Assembly: GCA_964016885.1 (NCBI GenBank)
Contig: OZ024752.1
Span: forward strand, 6,882,001-6,946,000
DNA from: Eledone cirrhosa
Lineage: Eukaryota
Direction of reading: 5' to 3'
Length of the DNA: 64,000 bases
The notes under the pieces were generated by a model, which searched no databases, was not told where the DNA came from, and saw only the letters and a program-made list of their open reading frames with translations. The position numbers were made by a program, and so were the translations under genes. Position 1 is the stretch's first letter, and every line of letters starts with the position of its first letter. Shown one piece after another: positions 1 to 12,370 of the stretch.

Positions 1-535
1 ACAGCCAGATCTGACAGAAGGAAGCAGGATTTGACCTCATACAGCCAGATCTGACAGAAGGAAGCAGGATTTGACCACATACAGCCAGATCTGACAGAAG
101 GAAGCAGGATTTGACCCTACACTGCCAGATCTGACAGAAGGAAGCAGGATTTGACCTCATACAGCCAGATCTGACAAAAGGAAGCAGGATTTGACCTCAT
201 ACAGCCAGATCTGACAGAAGGAAGCAGGATTTGACCTCATACAGCCAGATCTGACAGAAGGAAGCAGGATTTGACCACATACAGCCAGATCTGACAGAAG
301 GAAGCAGGATTTGACCCTACACTGCCAGATCTGACAGAAGGAAGCAGGATTTAACCACATACAGCCAGATCTGACAGAAGGAAGCAGGATTTGACCAGAC
401 ACAGCCAGATCTGACAGAAGGAAGCAGGATTTGACCAGACACAGCCAGATCTGACAGAAGGAAGCAGGATTTGACCACATACAGCCAGATCTGACAGAAG
501 GAAGCAGGATTTGACCACATACAGACAGATCTGAC
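1..535. repeat. 40-bp minisatellite, 13+ copies, runs off the window edge
   Basis: Unit acagccagatctgacagaaggaagcaggatttgacc(t/a)cat, resembling the reverse complement of the SINE B-box region. Confidence 0.95.
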
Positions 536-807
536 ATAAAAAAAAGCATTACATTTTAGTATTTAACAAATCTGCCAAATCACAGCACAGAGTCTGGTGT
601 TTTATTTGATATAGTATGGTCCCATAACTCCTGATGGAGTCAGCGGGTGCCGTAGTGGCATATAATATTTGTTGGGCATTTTTAAGCCTGGCAGAGCCCA
701 TCTCTTCTCCAAGTCAGGACACAACACATTTCTTCCAGAGAAAGAGAGAAAGTGAGAGAGAGAGAAAGTGAGAAAGAGATATAGGGGTTGGATTGCCCCC
801 AGTTCTA

Positions 808-948
808 GACTGGTACTTATTTTATCAACCACAAAAGCATGAAAAGCAAAGTTAATCATGGCAGGATTTGAAGCCAGAGTGAATAGAACTGGAAGAAATA
901 GCACAAGATATTTAATCCGACAATAACAACTCTGCCAATTTACTGCCT
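808..948 (-). mobile_element. Degenerate tRNA-derived SINE (Deu/Nin-like core family)
   Basis: Matches the reverse complement of the fuller copy at 62622-62803. Confidence 0.65.
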
Positions 949-1420
949 TTTAAAACTGCTGATAAAATGAAGGGGGATAAAAAACAAAAGTATTATGAAC
1001 AATTTCCTATAAGCTTTTTTTCTGTTTGGCCAAGATAATAGATGGTGCTGACTGCTATACTTTAAACAACAATCAATAAAGACAACAACATTATGAGAAC
1101 ATTATCAAGTTCAATGATACTTAAAAGTAACGTAGTTATTTGTTTATCATTGGGGAAAACTTCAAAAGAAGCTTTTCTAACATGCACCAGTGTTTGAGCT
1201 CATTGAAGAGAACAAAATCAATCAGTGCATATAATTGGCAACAGCTTCAGCCTCTAGTTAGTTTGTCTAGTAAGAAGATGAGTGAGAAGAAGCCTACAGC
1301 TAAGTCTTGGCTTAAAAACACAATTACCTCCTTTTATGTTAGAGTTGATGACAACTTGATGGAACGATACCAGAACTGAAAGACATCCATGATGCTGCTT
1401 TCAACATTATGTAAGAGAAT

Positions 1421-1421
<1 letters not shown>

Positions 1422-1460
<39 letters not shown>

Positions 1461-1593
1461 CATATATAGACATACATATACATAAACATATATCCATATA
1501 CATATATACAAATATACATATACAAATACACACACATATATACATACACATACACACACACATATATACATACACATACACACACACATACAG

Positions 1594-1630
<37 letters not shown>
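1422..1630. repeat. Compound (TG)n/(TA)n/(CA)n microsatellite
   Basis: Direct inspection. Confidence 0.95.
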
Positions 1631-1635
<5 letters not shown>

Positions 1636-2399
1636 CGTTTTTCAATTTGTTTTGCAAGATTTCTCATCTGAAAACGTGTGTTGAAACAGATATTGCTATA
1701 GTTTGGGAGGGTCATGCTGCCAATAAAAACACATGCACCTGTTGGTTTTCACTTCAATTTATTATAAATTTCAGGAAGGTTGTTTATATATATAGTCACA
1801 CATTCTGTCACCTCCTCAGTGACTGATTTCTTATTTTGTGTCTCTCCTGTGTTGCCCTACACCTTCTTGTTTTTGTGTGCATATCTGTGTGGTATATATG
1901 TTATATGTGGTATATATGATATACGTGAGATATGTGATATATATGTGGTATACATGTGATATATGTGTGTGAAAGTGAGAGAGTGTGTAAGTCTGTGTGT
2001 CTCTATGTGAGTATGTGTATGTGTGTGTATGTGTATGTGAGTATGCGTATTTGTATGAGTGTGTGTGTAACTGTGTGTGTGTGTGTGTGTGAATGAGGGA
2101 GAGAGAGTTGACTCCAGTAGTAAACTGGTACTTGTATCACATGAAATTACATTAACAAAACATTTTTATAAATTACAAAACACTGACATTAGAAGTTAAT
2201 TTTCCCAAATGTCCAACAAATACTATAAACAGAGTTAGCAAATCATTTTGACATAAATCCTTCCAGGATGTTAAATGTTAAAACTGCCTCAAAATGATAA
2301 AGTTGACAACAAAACTCAAACAGTGACCAGGGTCAAAACAATTAATACAGAACATTTGACACTTCGTCCAATCTGTCAATTTCATACTTTTTAACTATC

Positions 2400-2965
2400 C
2401 ATCATAATTATCATTGTTTAATTCCCGTTTTCCACGCTAGTATGGGTTAGATGGGTCATCCCATTTCAAGTAAGTTGGGCCAGGTGACCATGTCTTACTC
2501 ATATAGGACTGTTTCAGGCTGGCTTTATTCAGCTGGATGCTCTTCCTAATGCCAACCACATTTACAGTGTGTACAGGGTGCTTTTAGTCATGACACCCAC
2601 ATGACCACTTTACAGTGTGTACAGGGTGCTTTTAGTCATGACACCCACATGGCCACTTTACAGTGTGTACAGGGTGCTTTTAGTCACGACACCCACATGA
2701 CCACTTTACAGTGTGTACAGGGTGCTTTTAGTCATGACACCCACATGACCACTTTACAGTGTGTACAGGGTGCTTTTAGTCATGACACCCACATGGCCAC
2801 TTTACAGTGTGTACAGGGTGCTTTTAGTCACGACACCCACATGACCACTTTACAGTGTGTACAGGGTGCTTTTAGTCATGACACCCACATGACCACTTTA
2901 CAGTGTGTACAGGGTGCTTTTAGTCATGACACCCACATGACCACTTTACAGTGTGGACTGGATAT
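2400..2965 (-). mobile_element. RTE 3'-tail fragment with a 48-bp array (2556-2965, ~8 copies)
   Basis: Reverse complement of the RTE 3' UTR (ttccacgctag, cagctggatgc-cttcctaa). Unit tttacagtgtgtacagggtgcttttagtcatgacacccacatgaccac. Confidence 0.85.
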
Positions 2966-3284
2966 TTTTGTGATACCAATATAACTTTACAGTGTAAGGG
3001 TGGTATGGACAGAAGTAGGAGGTGGTGTAGAGTAGGTGTGTGGGGGTGTATGTTTGAGTCCGTGTGCAAAGGAAGGTGGGTCTTCTGTATTACTGCATTA
3101 CGCCAAAGACCTCGATCCTGTTTTTGAGAGATTCAGTTTTGCAAGATCAGCTTTTACCCATGTGTTCTCAATTCCTACAGCCGTTGTAAGGGTGCTGTTG
3201 AGGTTGTGGGTGTGGTACACCCCTCTCTAATGCTGAATACAGACAATTTCTTCCTGAGCAAGAGATATAGAGGCAGAATCTACT

Positions 3285-3531
3285 CCAGTATGTGACTGGT
3301 ACTTTATCAACCTCAGAAGGATGAACGGCAAAATTGACCGTAGCGAGATTTGCTCTCAGAGTGGAGTGAGTTGGAATAGATACTAGAAAGCATCTCATCT
3401 GACAATCTAACAATTCTGCCAATCCACCTGACAATTCTGCCAATCCACCTGACAATTCTGCCAATCCACCTAACAATTCTGCCAATCCACCTAACAATTC
3501 TGCCAATCCACCTGACAATTCTGCCAATCCA
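3285..3531 (-). mobile_element. SINE whose 5' end is expanded as a 21-bp repeat (3409-3531, ~6 copies)
   Basis: Unit caattctgccaatccacct(g/a)a is the reverse complement of the SINE head ggtggattggcagaattg. Confidence 0.8.
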
Positions 3532-4814
3532 TGGCCACTGGAATGGTACTTTATAGTAGTTCACCTTGGCCTGATTCAAACACATTTTAATCCCATATTC
3601 TAAAGACTCAACTAATTTTCCACCTTTTAACTGTTTGTAGCTCAAGAATCCTTTCATTATTATATTTCTAATGAAAGACAGCCTATAATTTTCAAGTTAT
3701 TTTGAAAATAGTCAAGAATTTGAAAAGATTTAGTAAAACAACTTTCTCATTATGAAGTTTGGAACATAACCTAATAAAGGTTCTTACATAAATTTATGAT
3801 GCAAGTTGTTTTAGATAAATATATACACTTTAAAGAGTTTTGTGTGACAGAACTGGGGGTGGTTTCAGGTAGGTTGGTATCAAAAGGGATAAATGCTAGC
3901 TAAAATGGCAGCTTGTCCATAAATTAGACTTTTAAGGTTCTCTCCCTTTGAAGTTCTCAACTTCACTAAAACTAATTTAGCTCCAGATATAACGAATCTC
4001 TCTTGTCTTTTCATGGAAATTAGGTGACTGCTGAAATCAATAAATTTTATCTTTTCATGATCAATTCAAATGTGGAACTTGAGAAGAAACTTTATGTTTT
4101 CATGAAAATATAGAAAAAAAATGTTGATAGCAGCTAGTTAACTTGTTGATATGGAAAATAGAAGCTAATGAAAGCCAGTTTAAAAGATATCATCACATAC
4201 ACACATAAAGAATAGTTTTCTGGAGAGGAGCAGACGACAGTTAAATAAAGTACTCAATAAAGGTTTAGAAAGTACATGATTTATTTTAGATAGAATTGAC
4301 TTATGCAGGACAAGTCTTGCAGAAGTCATTTCTAGCTATATATATATATAGTAATAATAATAATATTTATACTTATATATGAGTTATATACAATTATAAA
4401 TATGAAAGGGTAGTACTAATCACTAACCAATTACCAGTAATTTATCAGATGTATTACAGAGCCGAGATACAAAATATAAAACAATCAAATTTTAGTTTAA
4501 AACATTTAATTGCTGACAATTGTTTCTTCCAGACAAATGGTTGGCTCAGCGGAGCATACACAATGTTTAAACAAGTAATTATAATCCTAGTCCTCAATAA
4601 ATATATATATATATATATATTATAATATAATTTAAAAAATAATTTAAAAAAAATATATGATCAACACTACTGTGTTTTTTTTTGCAAAATGACAATAATT
4701 TTTTTAGCCAGATAGAAATACCTTAATTCAAGTACATATAGTCCGTCTATATTATAATGTAATGCTCAGAAGTATTTTCTTAGAGCTTAATATGTGTAAC
4801 TGACTACTAAACTG

Positions 4815-4870
<56 letters not shown>

Positions 4871-5190
4871 GAACCACCTTCTGTCACTAATGACCCCTGG
4901 ATTTGCACCTAGAAAGTTCCCCTCCAGGCAAGATTGTTTGTGGAAGACCAGCAGTCGCCCATGTATACCAGTCTCCCCTCTCTATGTCACCAATGTTGTC
5001 CAGAGAAAGGCAATGGTTGATACAACTTGGCACCAGTGATGTCGCAACTCATTTCTACAGCTGAGTAAACTGGAGCAACGTGAAATAAAGTGTCTTGCTC
5101 AAGGACACAACACATCACTCGGTCTGAGAATTGAACTCACAACCTTTCGATTGCAAGGCCAATGCTCTAACCACTACGCCATGTGCCTCC
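4871..5190 (-). mobile_element. Full-length tRNA-derived SINE (second family) flanked by (TA)n
   Basis: Minus strand has A-box TGGCGTAGTGG, B-box GTTCAATTC and core tgtccttgagcaagacactttatttcacgttgctccag. Confidence 0.85.
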
Positions 5191-5249
5191 ATATATATAT
5201 ATAACTTTGATGGGTGTCCCAGAGTCTCATAAAGTGAAATGTGCACATT

Positions 5250-5996
5250 GGGACAAGCTTTGACCTGAAGAAACTCCAGCCTAGAGAGACAACTCTACTT
5301 GCAACAAAAGGCTTCTTTCTCAAAATGAAGGGCTGACTATATAAACCTTGTTTTTAAATTGTTGTGCTTCATATTGTGAGTGGGTCGAGAATGCAGAAGA
5401 TTTGTGATGGCTGGAAATAAATGAAGCATGTATGCTCTACTGGACGTAGATAAATTGTAGAAGATATAAGCAAGCAATCAGATCGAAAGATTATAATTGT
5501 ACAAGCCGAAGCTGAAGCATATAGACAGTATGGCCCCACCCCCTTCCACTGTAAGGTGGTCGTGTAGGAGACAACAAAAAAAATCACCCAGTCCACACTG
5601 TAATGTGGTTGTGTAGGAGTCACTACAAAAAACACCCAGTCCACACTGTAAAGTGGTCATAAAGGTGTCACGACAAAAAATCACCCAGCCCACACTGTAA
5701 AGTGGTCATGTAGGAGACACGACAAAAAAAATCACCCAGTCCACACTGTAAAGTGGTTGTGTAGGAGACACGACAAAAATTCACCCAGTCCACACTGTAA
5801 AGTGGTCGTGTAGGTGTCACGACAAAAAGCACCCAATCCACACTGTAATGTGGTCATGTAGGTGTCACAATAAAAAGCACCCAGTAAACACTGTAAATGA
5901 GATTAGTGTTAGGAAGGGTGTCCAGCTGTAGGAACCAAGCCAGAATCAGTTCATGCTAGCGTGGAAGAATGGACATTAAACAATGATGATGTTGAT
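5250..5996 (+). mobile_element. Decayed RTE remnant plus 3' UTR with ~7 diverged 48-51-bp units (5545-5900)
   Basis: Degenerate LLATKGF/KGRLY/NEACML similarity to 14670-14830, then UTR units and a gatgat tail. Confidence 0.8.
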
Positions 5997-6032
5997 AAGT
6001 AAAAGATGGAAAGATTGACTGTAAAAACTCAC

Positions 6033-6152
6033 CATCAAATATTCCACTTTCTAATAGACTGCCGTTCTTCTCAAGGCTCATAAATTCTTCAGCAGTAAGA
6101 AATGTATAATGGACTCCATTTATTTCTCCTGGTCGAGGACACCGTGTCGTAC
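6033..6152 (-). CDS. MAGI: MAGI-family next coding exon, 120 nt, phase 1-1, GuK-like domain
   Basis: Not in the ORF track. Translates (C)TTRCPRPGEINGVHYTFLTAEEFMSLEKNGSLLESGIFD(G), the GuK motif TTRxPRxGExxGVxYxF...LLESG. Acceptor ttttctcaaatgttcttcag, donor gtgagt. T+GT across the junction gives the Cys codon. Confidence 0.93.
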
Positions 6153-6409
6153 CTGAAGAACATTTGAGAAAATAATCAAATTAATTTAGGGTTTTAAGAT
6201 AAACACTAAGTCAGTTACTGAAAAACTAAAGTTTCTTTTTTATGTTTAAGAAGAAATATTGGATAATAAATGATTAGAATGGGAGATAAAACATTTGTGG
6301 GCAATGAAATAGGTTGAGGTGATCCCAGTTGTATTTGGGGTACATGGTACTGTGAGTACCAGATTTGAGAGCTATTTTTAAAAAAATTGGGGCCAACATC
6401 AGGGTGGGG

Positions 6410-6690
6410 CTCCTACATGACTTTCGGAGACATTTTTTCACGCTCAGAGTTGCTGAAGCACGGAAAAAACTACCTGTCGAGATACTGCATCCTTTAAAAC
6501 CTCTATGCTTCCTGAAATTCACCAACACAACACCTGATGTCCCTCCTTCCATACACACACACACATGTATATCATGACTCATACACTGTTCACTTTCCTG
6601 ACATTTGTACATTATTCTATGTATTATACATACACCTTTGATGACCTGTAGTGCACCTGAGCACTGTACACAATAATTTCATTATTATTA
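6410..6690 (+). mobile_element. CR1/L2-type LINE 3' remnant
   Basis: RRHFFTLRVAEAxxKLP resembles the CR1/L2 C-terminal R-FF--RV---WN-LP motif. (att)n tail follows. Confidence 0.6.
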
Positions 6691-7272
6691 TATTACAGAA
6701 TACAACAGTCTTTGTAACTACCAGAAAACTCAAAAACGTGCTTGACATTTGAAGGTGCCACCTCAGTTGATTGGTCAGAATTCTAGGTAAGAAATTTATG
6801 TTATGTTCCAAACATCAGCCTAACCATGAAAAAGTTAGTTACAGAATTCCTCCAAATTCCAAATTAATAATAATAATAATAAAAATCCTTGTCTGTGTAT
6901 TAAAGCAACAAAAGGGTTTAAATATTTTCCTGTTTTCTATTTTTATCTTTTTTTTTTCTACATAGTCATATATTTTTATTTTCCTATTTACTTCAAATCT
7001 TGCTGAGAGAATGTATTAATGGAGTTTTCCAAAATTACATCATTACAGTGATTATTTCAAAATTAGACAATTGATATGGCTTTTATTTTATAATTGATGA
7101 AGACATTTAGAAAGCTGTGTACTGTAAGTGACTATCAATATAGAAGACTTTCCCAGCAATATCAAGTGTTAAATAGCACAACAGTATTGCATGATGAGGG
7201 CTTAATGGTTAGGATACTTTATGGTGGATTGTAATGTTGTCAGATTCCTGGACAGGCTGTTGTGTAGAGTGG

Positions 7273-8852
7273 GTTATACACAAGTTACTATTGTGGGAAC
7301 TCATGGGAGACACAGTAGAGGAAGTTATACACAAGTTACTATTGTGGGAACTCATGGGAGACACAGTAGAGGAAGTTATACACAAGTTTCTATTGTGGGA
7401 ACTCAGGGGAGACACAGTAGAGGAAGTTATACACAAGTTACTATTGTGGGAACTCATGAGAGACACAGTAGAGGAAGTTATACACAAGTTACTATTGTGG
7501 GAACTCAGGAGAGACACAGTAGAGGAAGTTATACACAAGTTACTATTGTGGGAACTCAGGGGAGACACAGTAGAGGGAGTTATACACAAGTTACTATTGT
7601 GGGAACTCAGGGGAGACACAGTAGAGGGAGTTATACACAAGTTACTATTGTGGGAACTCAGGGGAGACACAGTAGAGGAAGTTATACACAAGTTACTATT
7701 GTGGGAACTCAGGGGAGACACAGTAGAGGAAGTTATACACAAGTTACTATTGTGGGAACTCAGGGGAGACACAGTAGAGGAAGTTATACACAAGTTACTA
7801 TTGTGGGAACTCAGGGGAGACACAGTAGAGGAAGTTATACACAAGTTACTGTTGTGGGAACTCATGAGAGACACAGTAGAGGAAGTTATACACAAGTTAC
7901 TATTGTGGGAACTCAGGAGAGACACAGTAGAGGAAGTTATACACAAGTTACTATTGTGGGAACTCAGGGGAGACACAGTAGAGGGAGTTATACACAAGTT
8001 ACTATTGTGGGAACTCAGGGGAGACACAGTAGAGGGAGTTATACACAAGTTACTATTGTGGGAACTCAGGGGAGACACAGTAGAGGAAGTTATACACAAG
8101 TTACTATTGTGGGAACTCAGGGGAGACACAGTAGAGGAAGTTATACACAAGTTACTATTGTGGGAACTCAGGGGAGACACAGTAGAGGAAGTTATACACA
8201 AGTTACTATTGTGGGAACTCAGGGGAGACACAGTAGAGGAAGTTATACACAAGTTACTATTGTGGGAACTCAGGGGAGACACAGTAGAGGAAGTTATACA
8301 CAAGTTACTATTGTGGGAACTCAGGAGAGACACAGTAGAGGAAGTTATACACAAGTTACTATTGTGGGAACTCAGGGGAGACACAGTAGAGGAAGTTATA
8401 CATAAGTTACTATTGTGGGAACTCAGGGGAGACACAGTAGAGGAAGTTATACACAAGTTACTATTGTGGGAACTCAGGGGAGACACAGTAGAGGAAGTTA
8501 TACACAAGTTACTATTGTGGGAACTCAGGGGAGACACAGTAGAGGAAGTTATACACAAGTTACTATTGTGGGAACTCAGGGGAGACACAGTAGAGGAAGT
8601 TATACACAAGTTACTATTGTGGGAACTCAGGGGAGACACAGTAGAGGAAGTTATACACAAGTTACTATTGTGGGAACTCAGGAGAGACACAGTAGAGGAA
8701 GTTATACACAAGTTACTATTGTGGGAACTCAGGGGAGACACAGTAGAGGAAGTTATACATAAGTTTCTATTGTGGGAACTCAGGAGAGACACAGTAGAGG
8801 AAGTTATACACAAGTTACTATTTGGGAACTCAGGGGAGACACAGTAGAGGAA
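7273..8852. repeat. 51-bp minisatellite, ~31 copies, derived from LINE C-terminal coding sequence
   Basis: Unit gttatacacaagttactattgtgggaactcaggggagacacagtagaggaa. The flank continues RGRPAxTFINQLPDD. Confidence 0.95.
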
Positions 8853-8959
8853 GACCTGCTTGAACTTTCATTAATCAACTCCCAGATGATATAAACCTCA
8901 GGGAGCTGTTTGTGGAGAGATTTTGTCAGGAATGTTTGACTGTGATGACGATGATGTGT

Positions 8960-8990
<31 letters not shown>

Positions 8991-9160
8991 CATACTTATA
9001 TATATGTATACATGGTGAAATCAGATGTAATTGTATATTGAGTAAATATTAACTGGCATTTTCTTGTTTAAATTACATCTTTAAGTTGGAAGGAAATATA
9101 AAATTGAAAGTTAAAGAGAGTTGTCAGGATAATAGAGCCACTGGTTGGGTAAGAAAGAAG

Positions 9161-11442
9161 TGTTCTGGTCCTGTCTGGAAGAGAGGACTGTTCTGGTCCT
9201 GTCTGGAAGAGAGGACTGTTCTGGTCCTGTCTGGAAGAGAGGACTGTTCTGGTCCTGTCTGAAAGAGAGGACTGTTCTGGTCCTGTCTGGAAGAGAGGAC
9301 TGTTCTGGTCCTGTCTGGAAGAGAGGACTGTTCTGGTCCTGTCTGGAAGAGAGGACTGTTTTGGTCCTGTCTGGAAGAGAGGACTGTTTTGGTCCTGTCT
9401 GGAAGAGAGGACTGTTTTGGTCCTGTCTGGAAGAGAGGACTGTTCTGGTCCTGTCTGGAAGAGAGGACTGTTCTGGTCCTGTCTGGAAGAGAGGACTGTT
9501 CTGGTCCTGTCTGGAAGAGAGGACTGTTCTGGTCCTGTCTGGAAGAGAGGACTGTTTTGGTCCCATCTGGAAGAGAGACTGTTCTGGTCCTGTCTGGAAG
9601 AGAGACTGTTCTGGTCCTGTCTGGAAGAGAGGACTGTTTTGGTCCTGTCTGGAAGAGAGGACTGTTCTGGTCCTGTCTGGAAGAGAGGACTGTTCTGGTC
9701 CTGTCTGGAAGAGAGGACTGTTTTGGTCCTGTCTGGAAGAGAGGACTGTTCTGGTCCTGTCTGGAAGAGAGGACTGTTCTGGTCCTGTCTGGAAGAGAGG
9801 ACTGTTCTGGTCCTGTCTGGAAGAGAGGACTGTTCTGGTCCTGTCTGGAAGAGAGGACTGTTCTGGTCCTGTCTGGAAGAGAGGACTGTTCCGGTCCTGT
9901 CTGGAAGAGAGGACTGTTCTGGTCCTGTCTGGAAGAGGACTGTTTTGGTCCTGTCTGGAAGAGAGGACTGTTCTGGTCCTGTCTGGAAGAGAGGACTGTT
10001 CTGGTCCTGTCTGGAAGAGAGGACTGTTCTGGTCCTGTCTGGAAGAGCGGACTGTTCTGGTCCTGTCTGGAAGAGAGGACTGTTCTGGTCCTGTCTGGAA
10101 GAGAGGACTGTTCTGGTCCTGTCTGGAAGAGAGGACTGTTCTGGTCCTGTCTGGAAGAGAGGACTGTTTTGGTCCCATCTGGAAGAGAGACTGTTCTGGT
10201 CCTGTCTGGAAGAGAGGACTGTTCTGGTCTTGTCTGGAAGAGAGGACTGTTTTGGTCCTGTCTGGAAGAGAGGACTGTTCTGGTCCTGTCTGGAAGAGAG
10301 GACTGTTCTGGTCCTGTCTGGAAGAGAGGACTGTTCTGGTCCTGTCTGGAAGAGAGGACTGTTCTGGTCCTGTCTGGAAGAGAGACTGTTCTGGTCCTGT
10401 CTGGAAGAGAGGACTGTTCTGGTCCTGTCTGGAAGAGAGGACTGTTCTGGTCTTGTCTGGAAGAGAGGACTGTTCTGGTCCTGTCTGGAAGAGAGGACTG
10501 TTCTGGTCCTGTCTGGAAGAGAGACTGTTCTGGTCCTGTCTGGAAGAGAGGACTGTTCTGGTCTTGTCTGGAAGAGAGGACTGTTCTGGTCCTGTCTGGA
10601 AGAGAGGACTGTTCTGGTCCTGTCTGGAAGAGAGGACTGTTCTGGTCCTGTCTGGAAGAGAGGACTGTTTTGGTCCTGTCTGGAAGAGAGGACTGTTCTG
10701 GTCCTGTCTGGAAGAGAGGACTGTTCTGGTCCTGTCTGGAAGAGAGGACTGTTCTGGTCCTGTATGGAAGAGAGGACTGTTCTGGTCCTGTCTGGAAGAG
10801 AGGACTGTTCTGGTCCTGCCTGGAAGAGAGGACTGTTCTGGTCCTGCCTGGAAGAGAGGACTGTTCTGGTCCTGCCTGGAAGAGAGGACTGTTTTGGTCC
10901 TGTCTGGAAGAGAGGACTGTTCTGGTCCTGTCTGGAAGAGAGGACTGTTCTGGTCCTGTCTGGAAGAGAGGACTGTTCTGGTCCTGCCTGAAAGAGAGGA
11001 CTGTTCTGGTCCTGTCTGGAAGAGAGGACTGTTTTGGTCCTGTCTGGAAGAGAGGACTGTTCTGGTCCTGCCTGGAAGAGAGGACTGTTTTGGTCCTGCC
11101 TGGAAGAGAGGACTGTTCTGGTCCTGTCTGGAAGAGAGGACTGTTCTGGTCCTGTCTGGAAGAGAGGACTGTTCTGGTCCTGTCTGGAAGAGAGGACTGT
11201 TCTGGTCCTGTCTGGAAGAGAGGACTGTTCTGGTCCTGTCTGGAAGAGAGGACTGTTCTGGTCCTGTCTGGAAGAGAGGACTGTTTTGGTCCTGTCTGGA
11301 AGAGAGGACTGTTCTGGTCCTGCCTGGAAGAGAGGACTGTTTTGGTCCTGTCTGGAAGAGAGGACTGTTCTGGTCCTGTCTGGAAGAGAGGACTGTTTTG
11401 GTCCTGTCTGGAAGAGAGGACTGTTCTGGTCCTGTCTGGAAG
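9161..11442. repeat. 28-bp minisatellite, ~81 copies
   Basis: Unit ctgttctggtcctgtctggaagagagga with few variants. Source of the 500-950 aa artefact ORFs. Confidence 0.97.
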
Positions 11443-11552
11443 CAGGAAGTGTTTAGATTGTGTTGTAGTCTTTAGAAAACTAGGAAATGTGTTGAAAGAA
11501 ACAACGTGTAACACAGACTTAGTCAACATTGGAAACATTAGTTTTGATAAGA

Positions 11553-11990
11553 ATGGTGGTGGTGGTGGTGGTGGTGGTGATGGTATTGATGGTGGTGGTG
11601 GTAGTGGTGATGATGATAGTGTTGGTGGAAGTGATGGCAGCGATAGTGTTGATGGTGGTGGGTGTGGTAGTGGTGATGGTGGTGGTGGGTGTGGTAGTGG
11701 TAGTGGTAGTGGTGATGGTGGTGGTGGGTGTGGTAGTGGTGATGATTGTGGTGGTAGTGGTGATTGTGGTGGTGGGTGTGGTAGTGGTGATGGTGGTGGG
11801 TGTGGTAGTGGTGATGGTGGGTGTGGTAGTGGTGATGGTGGTGGTGGGTGTGGTAGTGGTGATGGTGGTGGGTGTGGTAGTGGTGATGGTGGGTGTGGTA
11901 GTGGTGATGGTGATGGGTGTGGTAGTGGTGATGGTGGTGGTGGGCGTGGTAGTGGTGGTGTTAATGGTGATGATGATGCTAGTGGTTGTG
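11553..11990. repeat. (GGT)n-based compound repeat
   Basis: ggt/gat/agt triplets with recurring gggtgtggtagtggtgat. Confidence 0.9.
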
Positions 11991-12370
11991 AAGATGACAA
12001 GTATGAAGAAGGTATAATTAGTTAGAAAAATGGATTCGCAATCGTGAGGTTGTGATTTCAATTCCAGGACCGGTCGATGCGTTATGTCCTTGAGCAAGAC
12101 ACTTTACTTCACATTCCTCCTTCTGCCTGGAGTTGCGACCGGTAGATAGTACTAGCAACTGGAAACACCAATGGAAACATTGTTTCCTCGGTCCGATTTA
12201 ATGAGCTCCACCTCACTCATTAATTGAATGAGGTCTTGGATCTTGTCGATCAACTATTGATCAATATATATATATATATATATATATTGAGTGCTTCCAA
12301 TCTATTGTAAAACTCATTCTTTGATTTATTCATTGAACCTTGTTTAACCTTTATATACATATATATATAT

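Noticed and set aside
4508-4600. Minus-strand GAAAC-AATT-GTC half hammerhead
   Set aside because: No convincing CUGANGA with a matching stem I.
4871-5190. tRNA gene
   Set aside because: The A and B boxes belong to a SINE head with no complete cloverleaf, and the body is repeated elsewhere in the window.
7209-8847. ORFs of ~535 aa with a 17-aa repeat
   Set aside because: A 51-bp minisatellite derived from LINE sequence, with no splice or domain support.
9111-12097. ORFs of 350-958 aa on both strands
   Set aside because: Translations of a stop-free 28-bp array and a GGT repeat, open in several frames at once.
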